From Oscillospiraceae bacterium (GTDB lineage: Bacteria > Bacillota > Clostridia > Oscillospirales > Ruminococcaceae): a stretch of 61,711 nucleotides of DNA. Every line of letters begins with the position of its first letter. Positions within the stretch are counted from its first letter, which is position 1. Of this stretch, positions 19,707 to 28,823 are shown in pieces. Below the pieces are notes generated by a model, which saw only the letters and a program-made list of their open reading frames with translations, was not told the DNA's origin and searched no databases. The DNA lies in the NCBI GenBank assembly GCA_017465345.1, contig JAFTWI010000083.1, positions 1 to 61,711 on the forward strand, given 5' to 3'. A program made the translations under genes and the position numbers.

Positions 19707-20378
19707 ATGTCAGTTGTTTTTATCCGTGCAATAATTCTTTATATGCTTCTTATTTTTTCAGTGCGTCTTATGGGCAAACGTCAGATAGGCGAGTTACAGC
19801 CTTCAGAATTAGCGGTTACAATCCTCATTTCCAACATCGCAACCCTTCCCGTAGAGGATACAGGAATACCGCTTCTTACAGGAATAATTCCGATTATTAC
19901 CCTCGCCAGCATTGATGTGATAATGTCATGGCTTGCAATTAAAAGCCGTGCTGTAAGACGTGTAATGAGTGGTACTCCCGCAATAATAATTCGCGACGGA
20001 AAGCTGGACCAAAAACAGATGCGGGCAATACGCTTCACTGTAGATGACCTTATGGAAAGTCTGCGCGGACAGGGGGTTTTTGATATCAGCGAGGTGCAGT
20101 TTGCAATGGTTGAAACAACGGGAAACTTGTCAATCTATCAGAAATATCCTTATCGCAACACCACAAATTCCGATATGGAGCTGAAAGGAAAAAGCATTAA
20201 TCCTCCCGAAGTGGTAATCGCTGACGGCGACCCTGACGGCGATGCAATGAATAGACTTGCACTTTCAATGGAGTGGATTGAACGCACTCTGAAAAAAGAA
20301 AAAACAGCCATAGGAGACGTTTTCCTGATGACTGTTGACAGCGACCGTAATTATTCACTTATCAGAAAGGAGCAATGA
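19707..20378 (+). CDS. DUF421 (YetF-like) membrane protein
   Basis: Start MSVVFIRAIILYMLLIFSVRLMGKRQIGELQPSELAV is the canonical DUF421 N-terminus. RBS GGAGAGG. Confidence 0.8.
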   Translation: MSVVFIRAIILYMLLIFSVRLMGKRQIGELQPSELAVTILISNIATLPVEDTGIPLLTGIIPIITLASIDVIMSWLAIKSRAVRRVMSGTPAIIIRDGKLDQKQMRAIRFTVDDLMESLRGQGVFDISEVQFAMVETTGNLSIYQKYPYRNTTNSDMELKGKSINPPEVVIADGDPDGDAMNRLALSMEWIERTLKKEKTAIGDVFLMTVDSDRNYSLIRKEQ

Positions 20379-20379
20379 T

Positions 20380-20757
20380 ATGAAGCGTGTGACAATGGCA
20401 TTTGCGCTTGTAGCAGCTATAGTTGTCTATTCAGCTGTTGCAGCAGGCTGCCTTGGAAAATGGAAAAATGATGTGATTGACATCATCGACAGAATTATAA
20501 TGTACAACGAAAACGGCGACAGCGGAAAAGCCTCCGCAGCCGCCGATGAACTTACAGATGAGTGGATATCGCTGGAAAAGAAGATGAGCCTTTTTGTCCG
20601 TGACGAAAAGCTGGACAGCATAAGCTCTTCTGTAGCAAAAGTTCCTCATTTCATTGCCGAGGCAAATGACGAGCTTGATGCTGAACTTGAAAGCATACGC
20701 CGACAGCTGAAACTGCTGTACCGAGGAGAACTGCCGCTTTGGTACAATCTTCTTTAG
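20380..20757 (+). CDS. Small membrane-anchored protein, DUF4363-like
   Basis: 125 aa from MKRVTMAF, translationally coupled to the DUF421 gene as is commonly seen. Confidence 0.5.
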   Translation: MKRVTMAFALVAAIVVYSAVAAGCLGKWKNDVIDIIDRIIMYNENGDSGKASAAADELTDEWISLEKKMSLFVRDEKLDSISSSVAKVPHFIAEANDELDAELESIRRQLKLLYRGELPLWYNLL

Positions 20758-21959
20758 CGTTTCTTCAAGTCAATGCAGACAACAATCATCTTACCGTCAT
20801 TATAGAAATGAGAAGAGATTGTCTTGCAGTTTTTTCCTGTTGCAGCCGATATGTACCAGCCTGAAATAAACGGGTCTTCAATCTGCTCCTTGACAGCATA
20901 GAAATAATTCTTGATGTCATGGTTTACGCCCTTCAGTTCAGGCTTGAATCCTGGCTGAATTTCCGTATCGGATGTCATAATTGTTTCCGTAATCTGAAAA
21001 CCCTTTTCATCAATAAGGAATGCACATTCAATTTCCTTGTGTTCATGAACATATTTTTTCAGAACCGATTCATAATCATTTGGATTTGTACCGATAAGGT
21101 TGCTTACAAGGTCATAAATAATACGCTTGTAGCTTTCAATCTGCACATTTACAACCGTAGGGTTTTTCTTTATGCTGAGATTGAGTCTGAGTGCAGCGTC
21201 TTCAAGCTTGAGACGAGCCTCGTTTGTGAACAGGAAATTGAATTGTTCAGGACGTGAAAAATAGTAACCCTGAAAGTAGTCAACACCCATAAGCATACAG
21301 GTAATAACCTCGTCAACAGTTTCAACACCCTGTGCAATAGTCATCGCACCAATCTGCTTGGCAGTATTGATAATCGATTTGAAAACTTCCTGATTGTAGG
21401 TATTTGATTCAATGTTGCTTACAATAAAACGGTCAATCTTGATAATGTCAGGGTTAATCATTTTTATTCTTTCCATAGTATCTTCCCCTGCACTTACATT
21501 GTCCAGCGCAATAAGGAAACCTTTTGAGCGATAAAAATTGACAAACATCATCAAGTCATAATTATCTCTTACATTTGAACTGTTCAGCTCAATAACAACG
21601 CTTTCGGGCGAAAGATTGTGGTTTTCGGTTGTGCGAAGAAGCTCACCATTGCCGGCATCCACGTCATTAAGAACCGAGGTTTCGAAATTGACAAAAAGAG
21701 CAGGCGCAGTCTTTTCCTCAGCAACAAAAGCAGCCATTGATTTTTCACGGCATATTCTGTCAAGCTCAAGAGCATTTCCGTTTTGCTTGGCATAGTTAAA
21801 AAGAAAATAAGGCGAAACAATTTCACCCTTGTAATCGCCTCTGGCAAGCGCTTCAAGACCGATAACTTTTTTTGTGTTGATGGAATAAATAGGCTGAAAT
21901 TCAACAAAGATGTCCTTGTTGTCAATGACTTCCTGAACTATTTCGGGAGTAATTTTCAT
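20754..21959 (-). CDS. EAL domain protein with C-terminal PAS/Cache-like sensor domain (EAL probably degenerate)
   Basis: 401 aa. FQPIYS...GLEALAR, IKIDRF and QGYYFSRP are present. DDFG is DNVS, ELTE is ELNS, and EGVE is QGVE. Confidence 0.85.
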   Translation of the reverse strand: MKITPEIVQEVIDNKDIFVEFQPIYSINTKKVIGLEALARGDYKGEIVSPYFLFNYAKQNGNALELDRICREKSMAAFVAEEKTAPALFVNFETSVLNDVDAGNGELLRTTENHNLSPESVVIELNSSNVRDNYDLMMFVNFYRSKGFLIALDNVSAGEDTMERIKMINPDIIKIDRFIVSNIESNTYNQEVFKSIINTAKQIGAMTIAQGVETVDEVITCMLMGVDYFQGYYFSRPEQFNFLFTNEARLKLEDAALRLNLSIKKNPTVVNVQIESYKRIIYDLVSNLIGTNPNDYESVLKKYVHEHKEIECAFLIDEKGFQITETIMTSDTEIQPGFKPELKGVNHDIKNYFYAVKEQIEDPFISGWYISAATGKNCKTISSHFYNDGKMIVVCIDLKKR

Positions 21960-22010
21960 AGCGTCCTCCGAATTAAGAGAGTGATAAAAATTTAGAGAAG
22001 GGAATATCCC

Positions 22011-22361
22011 TTAATCGGTGCTTTTTTCGCAGACTCTGTCATAAATGGAGTAAAGCATCTGAACACCGTTTTCTAAAAAGTAGTAGTGAGCAATATATGG
22101 AACGAGCAGCACAAGCATAAGTACAGCCGCAGCAAGAATACCAATATTTTCTGACACGAAAAAACCGATAAGGCATAGAAACATAAGTACAGCAAAAAGG
22201 ATTGTCACCAGCAGATGAATAAGTCTTTCGTGCTGCATAAAAGCAATTTTAGTCAGCATTTCTTTTTTCAGTGCCCGAAAATCAGTATTTTCATTTTCAA
22301 GTGCGGCAATTACCGAAGCAATATACTCGCTGAAATATTTTTTCAAGGCAATCGCCCCCAT
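22011..22361 (-). CDS. Small membrane protein, unknown function
   Basis: Start moved to MGAIALKKYF. The longer ORF (to 22493) would run through the upstream gene's terminator and its own promoter. Two TM segments. Confidence 0.4.
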   Translation of the reverse strand: MGAIALKKYFSEYIASVIAALENENTDFRALKKEMLTKIAFMQHERLIHLLVTILFAVLMFLCLIGFFVSENIGILAAAVLMLVLLVPYIAHYYFLENGVQMLYSIYDRVCEKSTD

Positions 22362-22397
22362 TCTGTACAGAAAAACTGCACAAATTTTATTAACATC

Positions 22398-22426
22398 ATT
22401 ATACCATATCTGTATATTTTTTTCAA
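22398..22426 (-). promoter_or_regulatory. Promoter for the small membrane protein gene
   Basis: On the minus strand: TTGAAA, 17 nt (ending in TGG), TATAAT. Confidence 0.55.
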
Positions 22427-22481
22427 TAGCTTTTACGGAATTTAATAATTTCGCAATCAAAACTTCAATCTGAATTATAAG

Positions 22482-22514
22482 AAAAAAAGTCACGCTGTAA
22501 AATTTCAGCGTGAC
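22482..22514 (-). terminator. Rho-independent terminator of the MoxR-DUF58-transglutaminase operon
   Basis: GTCACGCTG/CAGCGTGAC stem, followed on the minus strand by a 7-T run. Confidence 0.75.
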
Positions 22515-22517
22515 TTT

Positions 22518-25112
22518 TTATATCAGGCAGTAAACAAATTTAAGCTTGAATTTTCCGAACGAAGAAAGAGATGCATAATGTCGCTTTATAAGACTTGTAA
22601 CAGCAAGCCGCATCTCATGAGCCTCATCACGTGTAATAGAGACACCGCCGAATGAAGCTTTCAGTGCCAGCGAAATAATCTGAGAAGCACACCCGTCAGC
22701 GAGAAGCGGTGAGCGCTGAGAAAGAGCCTCTCCGTATTCAGAGTAACTCATTCCGCCTTGCTCGGGCATATCCATAAGTCTGATAAGCTTGCAGAACCGT
22801 TTGTAATCCTTGCTGACTTGAACCGTTGGAACAGCAGCCGCCTTATATCGTGAAACAATAATTGTCCTGCGGATAATAACTGCCAACGGAATTACAGCAA
22901 TAACCAAAACAACAATTAAAACCCACGTCAGGTCGTAAACTATGTCAACCTTCTTTTCTCCTTCAATTCCAAAAATTCCGAAACCTACAGACGGAGGCTT
23001 GTTTATTTTGTCATCACCAGCCTGAGTTGTATTTCCTGTTTCGGAAGGTATTGTTGTAACCTCTGTAACATCACTTTTATCGTTCTGTGTAATAGTTGTT
23101 CCGGTAGTTATTTCCTGCGGCTGTGGGGCAGAGTGTTCACTTCCTGTTATTGTCACATCGGTTTCAGCCGCCGATAGCGTTTCGCTTTCGTCAGATGACG
23201 CTGATGATTCTGCTTCAGTTTCTGTAACAGTAGTTTCTGTCGGAAAAGCTGTTCTTATGTTTGCGTAACCCGACGTAAATTCCATAGGATACCAGCCGTA
23301 GCCGTCAATATAAACCTCAACCCAAGCGTGACCGTGGGAGTCTTCAACATCAACCGTGATTACAGTACCCTCAGGAATATCCATATCACTGTCATGAGGA
23401 GCGATTATATATCCCTCTACATATCTTGCAGGGATACCCGCATATCTGCACATAAGTACAGCCGTTGTAGCAAAGTGTGAGCAGCTTCCCTCCTTGTATT
23501 TGAGAAAGTGATTTACAAAATCTTCACCCCTCGGAAGCGGCTCGGTAGTAAGACTGTAGTTGCAGTTGTCACGGAGCCATTCCTTGATATAGTAAAGTTT
23601 CCTTGTGAATACAGTCATTTCGTCAAGAGTGCTTTTTCCCGTCTGAATTTCTTCAGCAGTAATGTACTCATAATAGTTCTGATTGAACATTTCCTCAGGT
23701 GAAAAGGTGTCAGGAATATCAAGATAGTTTTCATACACAAAATTTCTGTACGCAGCCTCATCATCAACAAGAGAAGCAGGAATTGACCAGCGTTTTCTGA
23801 AAAGATTCTGATATCCGTAATAGCTGTCAGGGTCATAAATCTGTCCGAAGTAAGTCTCTGAAGAGCCTGTAAAATGGCTGTTGTCGGTAATAGTGTATCT
23901 TGATACGCTTTCTGGCACAAGATTATAGGGCAGATAAAGATAGTCCGTACTTGCAGCAATGTTTTTCACCGTAAAGCTGTAGTTAGGAAGTACTCCGGGA
24001 GCATTTTTCAGATTGTAGCTGTCAAAAAGAAGCGGGGAAAGTCCATCTGTTGTAAATCCGTCAGTTATTTCCTCCAGCTCACGAAGTTTCCCCGAAGAAA
24101 GCTCCTCCCAGCTTCTTCCCGTGTAAACAGAGCCTACAAACCCTCTCAGATAAATCGTATCAAGAGAACGTGGCATTGTAACCTGTAATACGGTTTTGAA
24201 ATCAAACCTGATATTTCCGAATTCATCAAGCTTGCCATGGTTGATAGCCCCGTAAATATATGGGTCACCCATAATCTGCGAAAAGGTTTCTCTGATACTG
24301 TGCTGAATCTCACCGCTTTCCAAATAATTATCAGCCTTGTAAAAAAGCTCATTAAGCTTCTGTGGACGTTCAAAACCTGAAGCCCTTGTTATTCCGATAA
24401 TAAGCCAAAGGCATAATATGGATATAACAGCAGCAATTCCTGCACATTGAATACCGTATCGTATAAATTGCTGTCTGTACGATGAATTTGAAACAGAGTA
24501 TTCAACAACAGCAAGTGCAACAACCGCTGTTATGAGAGCAGTAAACGCTAAAGGGTCAGGCTCAAATCCGTAAGCAAGTACAGCAATCGCAGGTGCAAAA
24601 AGTACAAATGCCGCATACAGCCCTGAATCAAGCCGCACAAACAAATATCCGACAAAAAGGCAGATAAGGATTACAGACATTATGATAAAAATCGTTATGT
24701 GTTCATTGACAAGCTCAGGCTCAAGTATGTGAATAAACGGCTCAGTGCGGTATTTTTCACGTGCCGCAGCAGTATATACATTTAAAACTCCTGCAAGACC
24801 TGCACAGATTTTGTCTTTCAGAATTGCAGTGCCTATAATGTAAGCACCGGTAGAAGCAAAAAGCGTGCATAAAGCAATTTCCTTTCTGAGACGAAAAGTG
24901 TTTGTAAGAATACACATTCCGATAATCAGAAAGAAAATCATCGTCTTGTCTACAGTTATATCAAGACAGCTTAGTGTCGTGAATACCGAGCCGCAGCAAC
25001 CGAGTACGGCAATAATAAATCTGATTATCTGTATCTGAAACGTAGGTTTTTCACTTGTTTTGCGTACAGTTGCTGTAATCTGTACAGACGGTGAATAGTC
25101 ATTCCTTGACAT
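22518..25112 (-). CDS. Membrane transglutaminase-like protein
   Basis: 864 aa. Multi-TM N-terminus. Transglutaminase core GSCSHFATTAVLMCRYAGIPARYVEGY...HAWVEVY (Cys-His-Asp type). T/E/S-rich linker and a C-terminal TM segment. Confidence 0.85.
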   Translation of the reverse strand: MSRNDYSPSVQITATVRKTSEKPTFQIQIIRFIIAVLGCCGSVFTTLSCLDITVDKTMIFFLIIGMCILTNTFRLRKEIALCTLFASTGAYIIGTAILKDKICAGLAGVLNVYTAAAREKYRTEPFIHILEPELVNEHITIFIIMSVILICLFVGYLFVRLDSGLYAAFVLFAPAIAVLAYGFEPDPLAFTALITAVVALAVVEYSVSNSSYRQQFIRYGIQCAGIAAVISILCLWLIIGITRASGFERPQKLNELFYKADNYLESGEIQHSIRETFSQIMGDPYIYGAINHGKLDEFGNIRFDFKTVLQVTMPRSLDTIYLRGFVGSVYTGRSWEELSSGKLRELEEITDGFTTDGLSPLLFDSYNLKNAPGVLPNYSFTVKNIAASTDYLYLPYNLVPESVSRYTITDNSHFTGSSETYFGQIYDPDSYYGYQNLFRKRWSIPASLVDDEAAYRNFVYENYLDIPDTFSPEEMFNQNYYEYITAEEIQTGKSTLDEMTVFTRKLYYIKEWLRDNCNYSLTTEPLPRGEDFVNHFLKYKEGSCSHFATTAVLMCRYAGIPARYVEGYIIAPHDSDMDIPEGTVITVDVEDSHGHAWVEVYIDGYGWYPMEFTSGYANIRTAFPTETTVTETEAESSASSDESETLSAAETDVTITGSEHSAPQPQEITTGTTITQNDKSDVTEVTTIPSETGNTTQAGDDKINKPPSVGFGIFGIEGEKKVDIVYDLTWVLIVVLVIAVIPLAVIIRRTIIVSRYKAAAVPTVQVSKDYKRFCKLIRLMDMPEQGGMSYSEYGEALSQRSPLLADGCASQIISLALKASFGGVSITRDEAHEMRLAVTSLIKRHYASLSSFGKFKLKFVYCLI

Positions 25113-25131
25113 ATTGCCGTACCTCCCTTCA

Positions 25132-26310
25132 TTATATTATCAGTAATTCACGATTACTTAGCGTTTCAGCGTCAGCATATATTATTTCAACACGGTTGTC
25201 ATCGTAATCCTGTGTTGTGTCAAGGTTTCCGGTGCAAATTATCGTAAGCCGAGCATCACCGCAGAAATCCTCAAGCATTTCAGCTCTAACTGCATCAACA
25301 TAGTCAGCAATTGCAATAACCCTCGAGAAAGTCCCTTTTACTGCAAAGGAATTATCTGAAGCTGCCGCTTGAACAAAAGGAATTCCCGATGCAATTTCCT
25401 TAATACTTGAGCATAAAGCTGACTCTGCAACGTAAAATTCGTCTGAGTTTGAAATTTTGTACTTTTTAATCCCGAAGCTTGTGTCAGCATAAGCAATTGA
25501 ATGTGCAGTGCCATACTCTGCAAGAAAGTTCGAAACAGAGAAAACAGCATCAAGAATTCTATCAGCTTCCGAAGCATTTTTACAGCCGTAAAAATCAGCG
25601 GCAATGAGTGTATTGCAACCTACAGGAAGCGAAAGCTCCTTGACAATAAACGTGTCGCTTCTGCTGCTGAGCTTCCAGTGAATACGATTGTTGCTGTCTC
25701 CTTCACGGTATTCGCGCAGTGCAAAAATTTCCGAAGGGTCATCTCCCGCCTTCACCTGAGAAAACGTATTGCTTTCAGCAGAAAAAACAGGATTGTTTTC
25801 AACAGACGCCTGTACAGGAAAAATAACGGGTAGAGAAAGAATTTTTTCACCGAAACCAGCTTTTACAGGGATAGAGCATAAACCAAGAATGTCGCGTATG
25901 CGTATTTTTGAAACCTTAACATCAATTGTTCCGCAGTGAGCAGGAGTGATGTTGACTGCAAAGTTTTCCGTTGTTTTCGCTCCGACAGCAGCACTGAACT
26001 TGAATTTGCGTTTTACGGGAGCGTCAAAAAGAACCGACGGAGTGTACATAACCTCGACAATACAGCTTGTAATCGGAATAAGCGAACGATTTTGGATTGT
26101 TACTTTAAGCACTGCCGAACTCTCTCTTGAGGTTGTCATCTGCTCAAAATGCGCATTTACCCTTACAAATAACGATGTGATGCAAAGCAAAATAAACGTT
26201 ACTATCGGAAGAACAGCCATAAAGACCAGCAGAATAAATGACAAATCGCCCTTGTACATCACAAAGAAGCATACCGAAAAAAACAGCATCGGAAAATATA
26301 AATACTTCAT
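25132..26310 (-). CDS. DUF58 domain protein
   Basis: 392 aa. Two N-terminal TM segments. DUF58 signature LREYREGDSNNRIHWKLSSR. Confidence 0.85.
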   Translation of the reverse strand: MKYLYFPMLFFSVCFFVMYKGDLSFILLVFMAVLPIVTFILLCITSLFVRVNAHFEQMTTSRESSAVLKVTIQNRSLIPITSCIVEVMYTPSVLFDAPVKRKFKFSAAVGAKTTENFAVNITPAHCGTIDVKVSKIRIRDILGLCSIPVKAGFGEKILSLPVIFPVQASVENNPVFSAESNTFSQVKAGDDPSEIFALREYREGDSNNRIHWKLSSRSDTFIVKELSLPVGCNTLIAADFYGCKNASEADRILDAVFSVSNFLAEYGTAHSIAYADTSFGIKKYKISNSDEFYVAESALCSSIKEIASGIPFVQAAASDNSFAVKGTFSRVIAIADYVDAVRAEMLEDFCGDARLTIICTGNLDTTQDYDDNRVEIIYADAETLSNRELLII

Positions 26311-26330
26311 AAGGCTTGTCCCTTCGAATT

Positions 26331-27293
26331 TCAGATTTTCGGAGCAGGTGTGCGTGCACTTATATCACGGAGTACATCGGCAGCGGTTACGCCTGCCGCC
26401 TTTGCCTTCGGAGAAATTATAATACGGTGTTCCGAAACGTCATTGAGAATAAATTTAACATCATCGGGAATAACGTAGCTTCGTCCGCTGAGAAGAGCAG
26501 TAGCCTTTGCCATTGCCGCAAGAGCAACCGAGCCTCTCGGACTGAGTCCCAGCTTAATCTGAGGGTGAGTACGTGTCGCAGCAGCAATCGAAGCGATGTA
26601 TTTGTAAACACGGTCATCAACAAAAATCTGTTCAGCTGCCGCACGAAGCATAAGCACATCATCAGCACTTGCAACAGGAACAATTGCATCAGCAGGCTTT
26701 TCCGTGCCCTTTGATTTGAGAATAGCAATCTCGCTGTTCAGGTCAGGGTATCCCATAGTCAGACGAACAATGAAACGGTCAAGCTGAGATTCGGGGAGCA
26801 TCTGCGTGCCGACAGAGCCGATAGGGTTTTGTGTTGCAATAACAATAAATGGCTTCGGAAGCTCGTGTGTGACACCGTCAACCGTTACCGCACCTTCCTC
26901 CATAGCTTCAAGAAGCGCACTCTGAGTCTTGCTTGAGGTACGGTTTATTTCGTCAGCAAGAAAAAGACTGCAAAGCGCTGCACCTGGCTTGTACTCAAAA
27001 CTCTCGGTCTGCTTGTTGTATACAGTAAAGCCTGTCACGTCAGCAGGTAGTACGTCAGGGGTGAACTGCATACGCTTGTAATCAAGGGACATTGCCTTGG
27101 AAAATGCAAGGGCAAGAGTGGTTTTTCCCACTCCGGGAATATCATCAAGAAGAATGTGTCCTCCCGCAATTATAGCAAGCTGAGTCTTTACAATAATATC
27201 ATTTTTGCCTATAACAGCCTTTTTAACTTCCTCATTTATTTTCTTTGCAACCGGAAGCACCTGTCGGCGGATAATTTCATCAGTCATATCCAA
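26331..27293 (-). CDS. MoxR-family AAA+ ATPase
   Basis: 320 aa. Walker A PGVGKT, Walker B LADEINR, and the QNPIGSVGTQMLPESQLDRF pattern. Confidence 0.95.
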   Translation of the reverse strand: MDMTDEIIRRQVLPVAKKINEEVKKAVIGKNDIIVKTQLAIIAGGHILLDDIPGVGKTTLALAFSKAMSLDYKRMQFTPDVLPADVTGFTVYNKQTESFEYKPGAALCSLFLADEINRTSSKTQSALLEAMEEGAVTVDGVTHELPKPFIVIATQNPIGSVGTQMLPESQLDRFIVRLTMGYPDLNSEIAILKSKGTEKPADAIVPVASADDVLMLRAAAEQIFVDDRVYKYIASIAAATRTHPQIKLGLSPRGSVALAAMAKATALLSGRSYVIPDDVKFILNDVSEHRIIISPKAKAAGVTAADVLRDISARTPAPKI

Positions 27294-27442
27294 AACTCCT
27301 TAAAGTGGATTTATGTAGCATATAAAATAATTATAGCATACTTTAAAGAGCAATACAAATTACAATTTGGTTAATGATGTTTACATATTGTAACTGAAAT
27401 GGAATAAAATTACGTTTAAAGACATTTTTTTCACAAAAAACC

Positions 27443-27471
27443 TTGACAAGGACAGCCAATGGGTATATAAT
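27443..27471 (+). promoter_or_regulatory. Consensus promoter upstream of a 38-codon small ORF
   Basis: TTGACA 27443-27448, 17-nt spacer, TATAAT 27466-27471. Confidence 0.65.
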
Positions 27472-27505
27472 AAATCGTGTAAATTTTAAAATTGGAGTTA
27501 AAAGT

Positions 27506-27622
27506 ATGAAGGCTGTAAATTCTGTTCTTGGCTTTTTTAACTTTATATTTTTTGCAGGCGCAGGCTTTTACTTTAGCTATGGGTTTTATTTTCCATGCCG
27601 TAAAAAAATATATTGCCGATAA
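27506..27622 (+). CDS. Candidate small hydrophobic peptide (38 aa), below the ORF-track cutoff
   Basis: GGAG RBS about 8 nt upstream of the ATG. Translation is MKAVNSVLGFFNFIFFAGAGFYFSYGFYFPCRKKIYCR: one aromatic-rich TM-like segment and a basic tail. Confidence 0.35.
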   Translation: MKAVNSVLGFFNFIFFAGAGFYFSYGFYFPCRKKIYCR

Positions 27623-27678
27623 CAGGATTGTAAAGCTGATGTTGTAATACATATTGTTTGTAACGGTCTGCGGCAAAA

Positions 27679-27707
27679 TTGTCACAGGCTTTTATTTTTG
27701 CTATAGT
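27679..27707 (+). promoter_or_regulatory. Promoter of the LRR lipoprotein gene
   Basis: TTGTCA, 17 nt, TATAGT. Confidence 0.5.
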
Positions 27708-27729
27708 ACAGCGAAAGGAAATGAATTTG

Positions 27730-28755
27730 ATGAAACGGAAATTTAAAAGTGCGGCTTGTGTGCTTATGGCAGCAATTCTCGCAGTTTCAATGACAGGTTG
27801 TAAAAAAGATGATACCGCTTCCGTTGAAGGTGAAACTACTTTCGATTCAGCAGGTTACGAGTCAAGGATTGCTGAGCTTGAGTCACAGGTTGAATCACTC
27901 AAAGCGGAAACCTCCCCTAATATCGGCTTCAAGGATAAGTCCGATTTTATTCTGGGTAAGGATAACCCTGCAGTAAGTGAAGCTGCTGCAGTAAAGGAGG
28001 AGGTTATGGCTGACCTGCCTCAGTTTATTACAATCAAGGGCGTGGAGTACAGCACCGACCTTACAGCACTCACCCTGAATAATATGGGGCTTACCGACGC
28101 GGATATCAAGGATTTGAAGTATATGGTAAACCTTACCGAGCTTCATATCTACCAGAATCAGATAAGCGATATTACTCCGCTTAAAGGTCTCACTAACCTT
28201 AAAACGCTTTCGTTGTTTAAAAATAACATCAGCGACCTCACTCCGCTCGCGGGGCTTGTTTCTCTGAAGGACTTGTATCTGCGCTCCAACAATATCACAG
28301 ATATTTCACCGCTTGACGGTTTGTTGGGACTTGAAACTCTCGACCTTTCCGAGAATACAATTTCCGATGTCACTCCTCTTGCGGGAATGACTGAGCTTAC
28401 TTTGCTTCGTCTTAATGATAATGCCATAACTGATATTTCAGCACTGAGCAGTATGAAGTATATGGACAGACTCCATCTTCAGAATAATCAGATTTCAGAT
28501 ATCACACCTGTAATGAATATGGTTGATGTAACCGAAATCTATCTGGAAAACAACCTCGTTTCCGATGTTGAGCCGCTTATGTCGCTGACAAGTCTCGGCT
28601 GGATTAAGCTTGGCGGAAACCCTGTTGCAAACCTTAATCCGCTGACAAATATCACAGGACTCAAAAAGCTTTACATAGAAGGAATTGATATTTCGGAAGA
28701 GGATATGACAGTGCTGACAGATAAACTTCCTGATACAACCATTGTTACAAAGTAA
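27730..28755 (+). CDS. Leucine-rich-repeat (internalin-like) lipoprotein
   Basis: Start MKRKFKSAAC..., lipobox SMTGC. About 9 tandem 22-residue LRRs (e.g. LTNLKTLSLFKNNISDLTPLAG). Confidence 0.85.
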   Translation: MKRKFKSAACVLMAAILAVSMTGCKKDDTASVEGETTFDSAGYESRIAELESQVESLKAETSPNIGFKDKSDFILGKDNPAVSEAAAVKEEVMADLPQFITIKGVEYSTDLTALTLNNMGLTDADIKDLKYMVNLTELHIYQNQISDITPLKGLTNLKTLSLFKNNISDLTPLAGLVSLKDLYLRSNNITDISPLDGLLGLETLDLSENTISDVTPLAGMTELTLLRLNDNAITDISALSSMKYMDRLHLQNNQISDITPVMNMVDVTEIYLENNLVSDVEPLMSLTSLGWIKLGGNPVANLNPLTNITGLKKLYIEGIDISEEDMTVLTDKLPDTTIVTK

Positions 28756-28823
28756 ATAAAAACGTTTCGTGTACGAATGTACCTACGCTTTTAAAATAAT
28801 TTTTTATTTTGGAGGAAAAGCAA

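Noticed and set aside
27431-27685. The 84-aa minus-strand ORF in the MoxR / LRR intergenic region.
   Set aside because: It has no RBS or promoter on that strand and its translation is low-complexity. The same DNA carries a consensus promoter plus an RBS-led small ORF on the plus strand.
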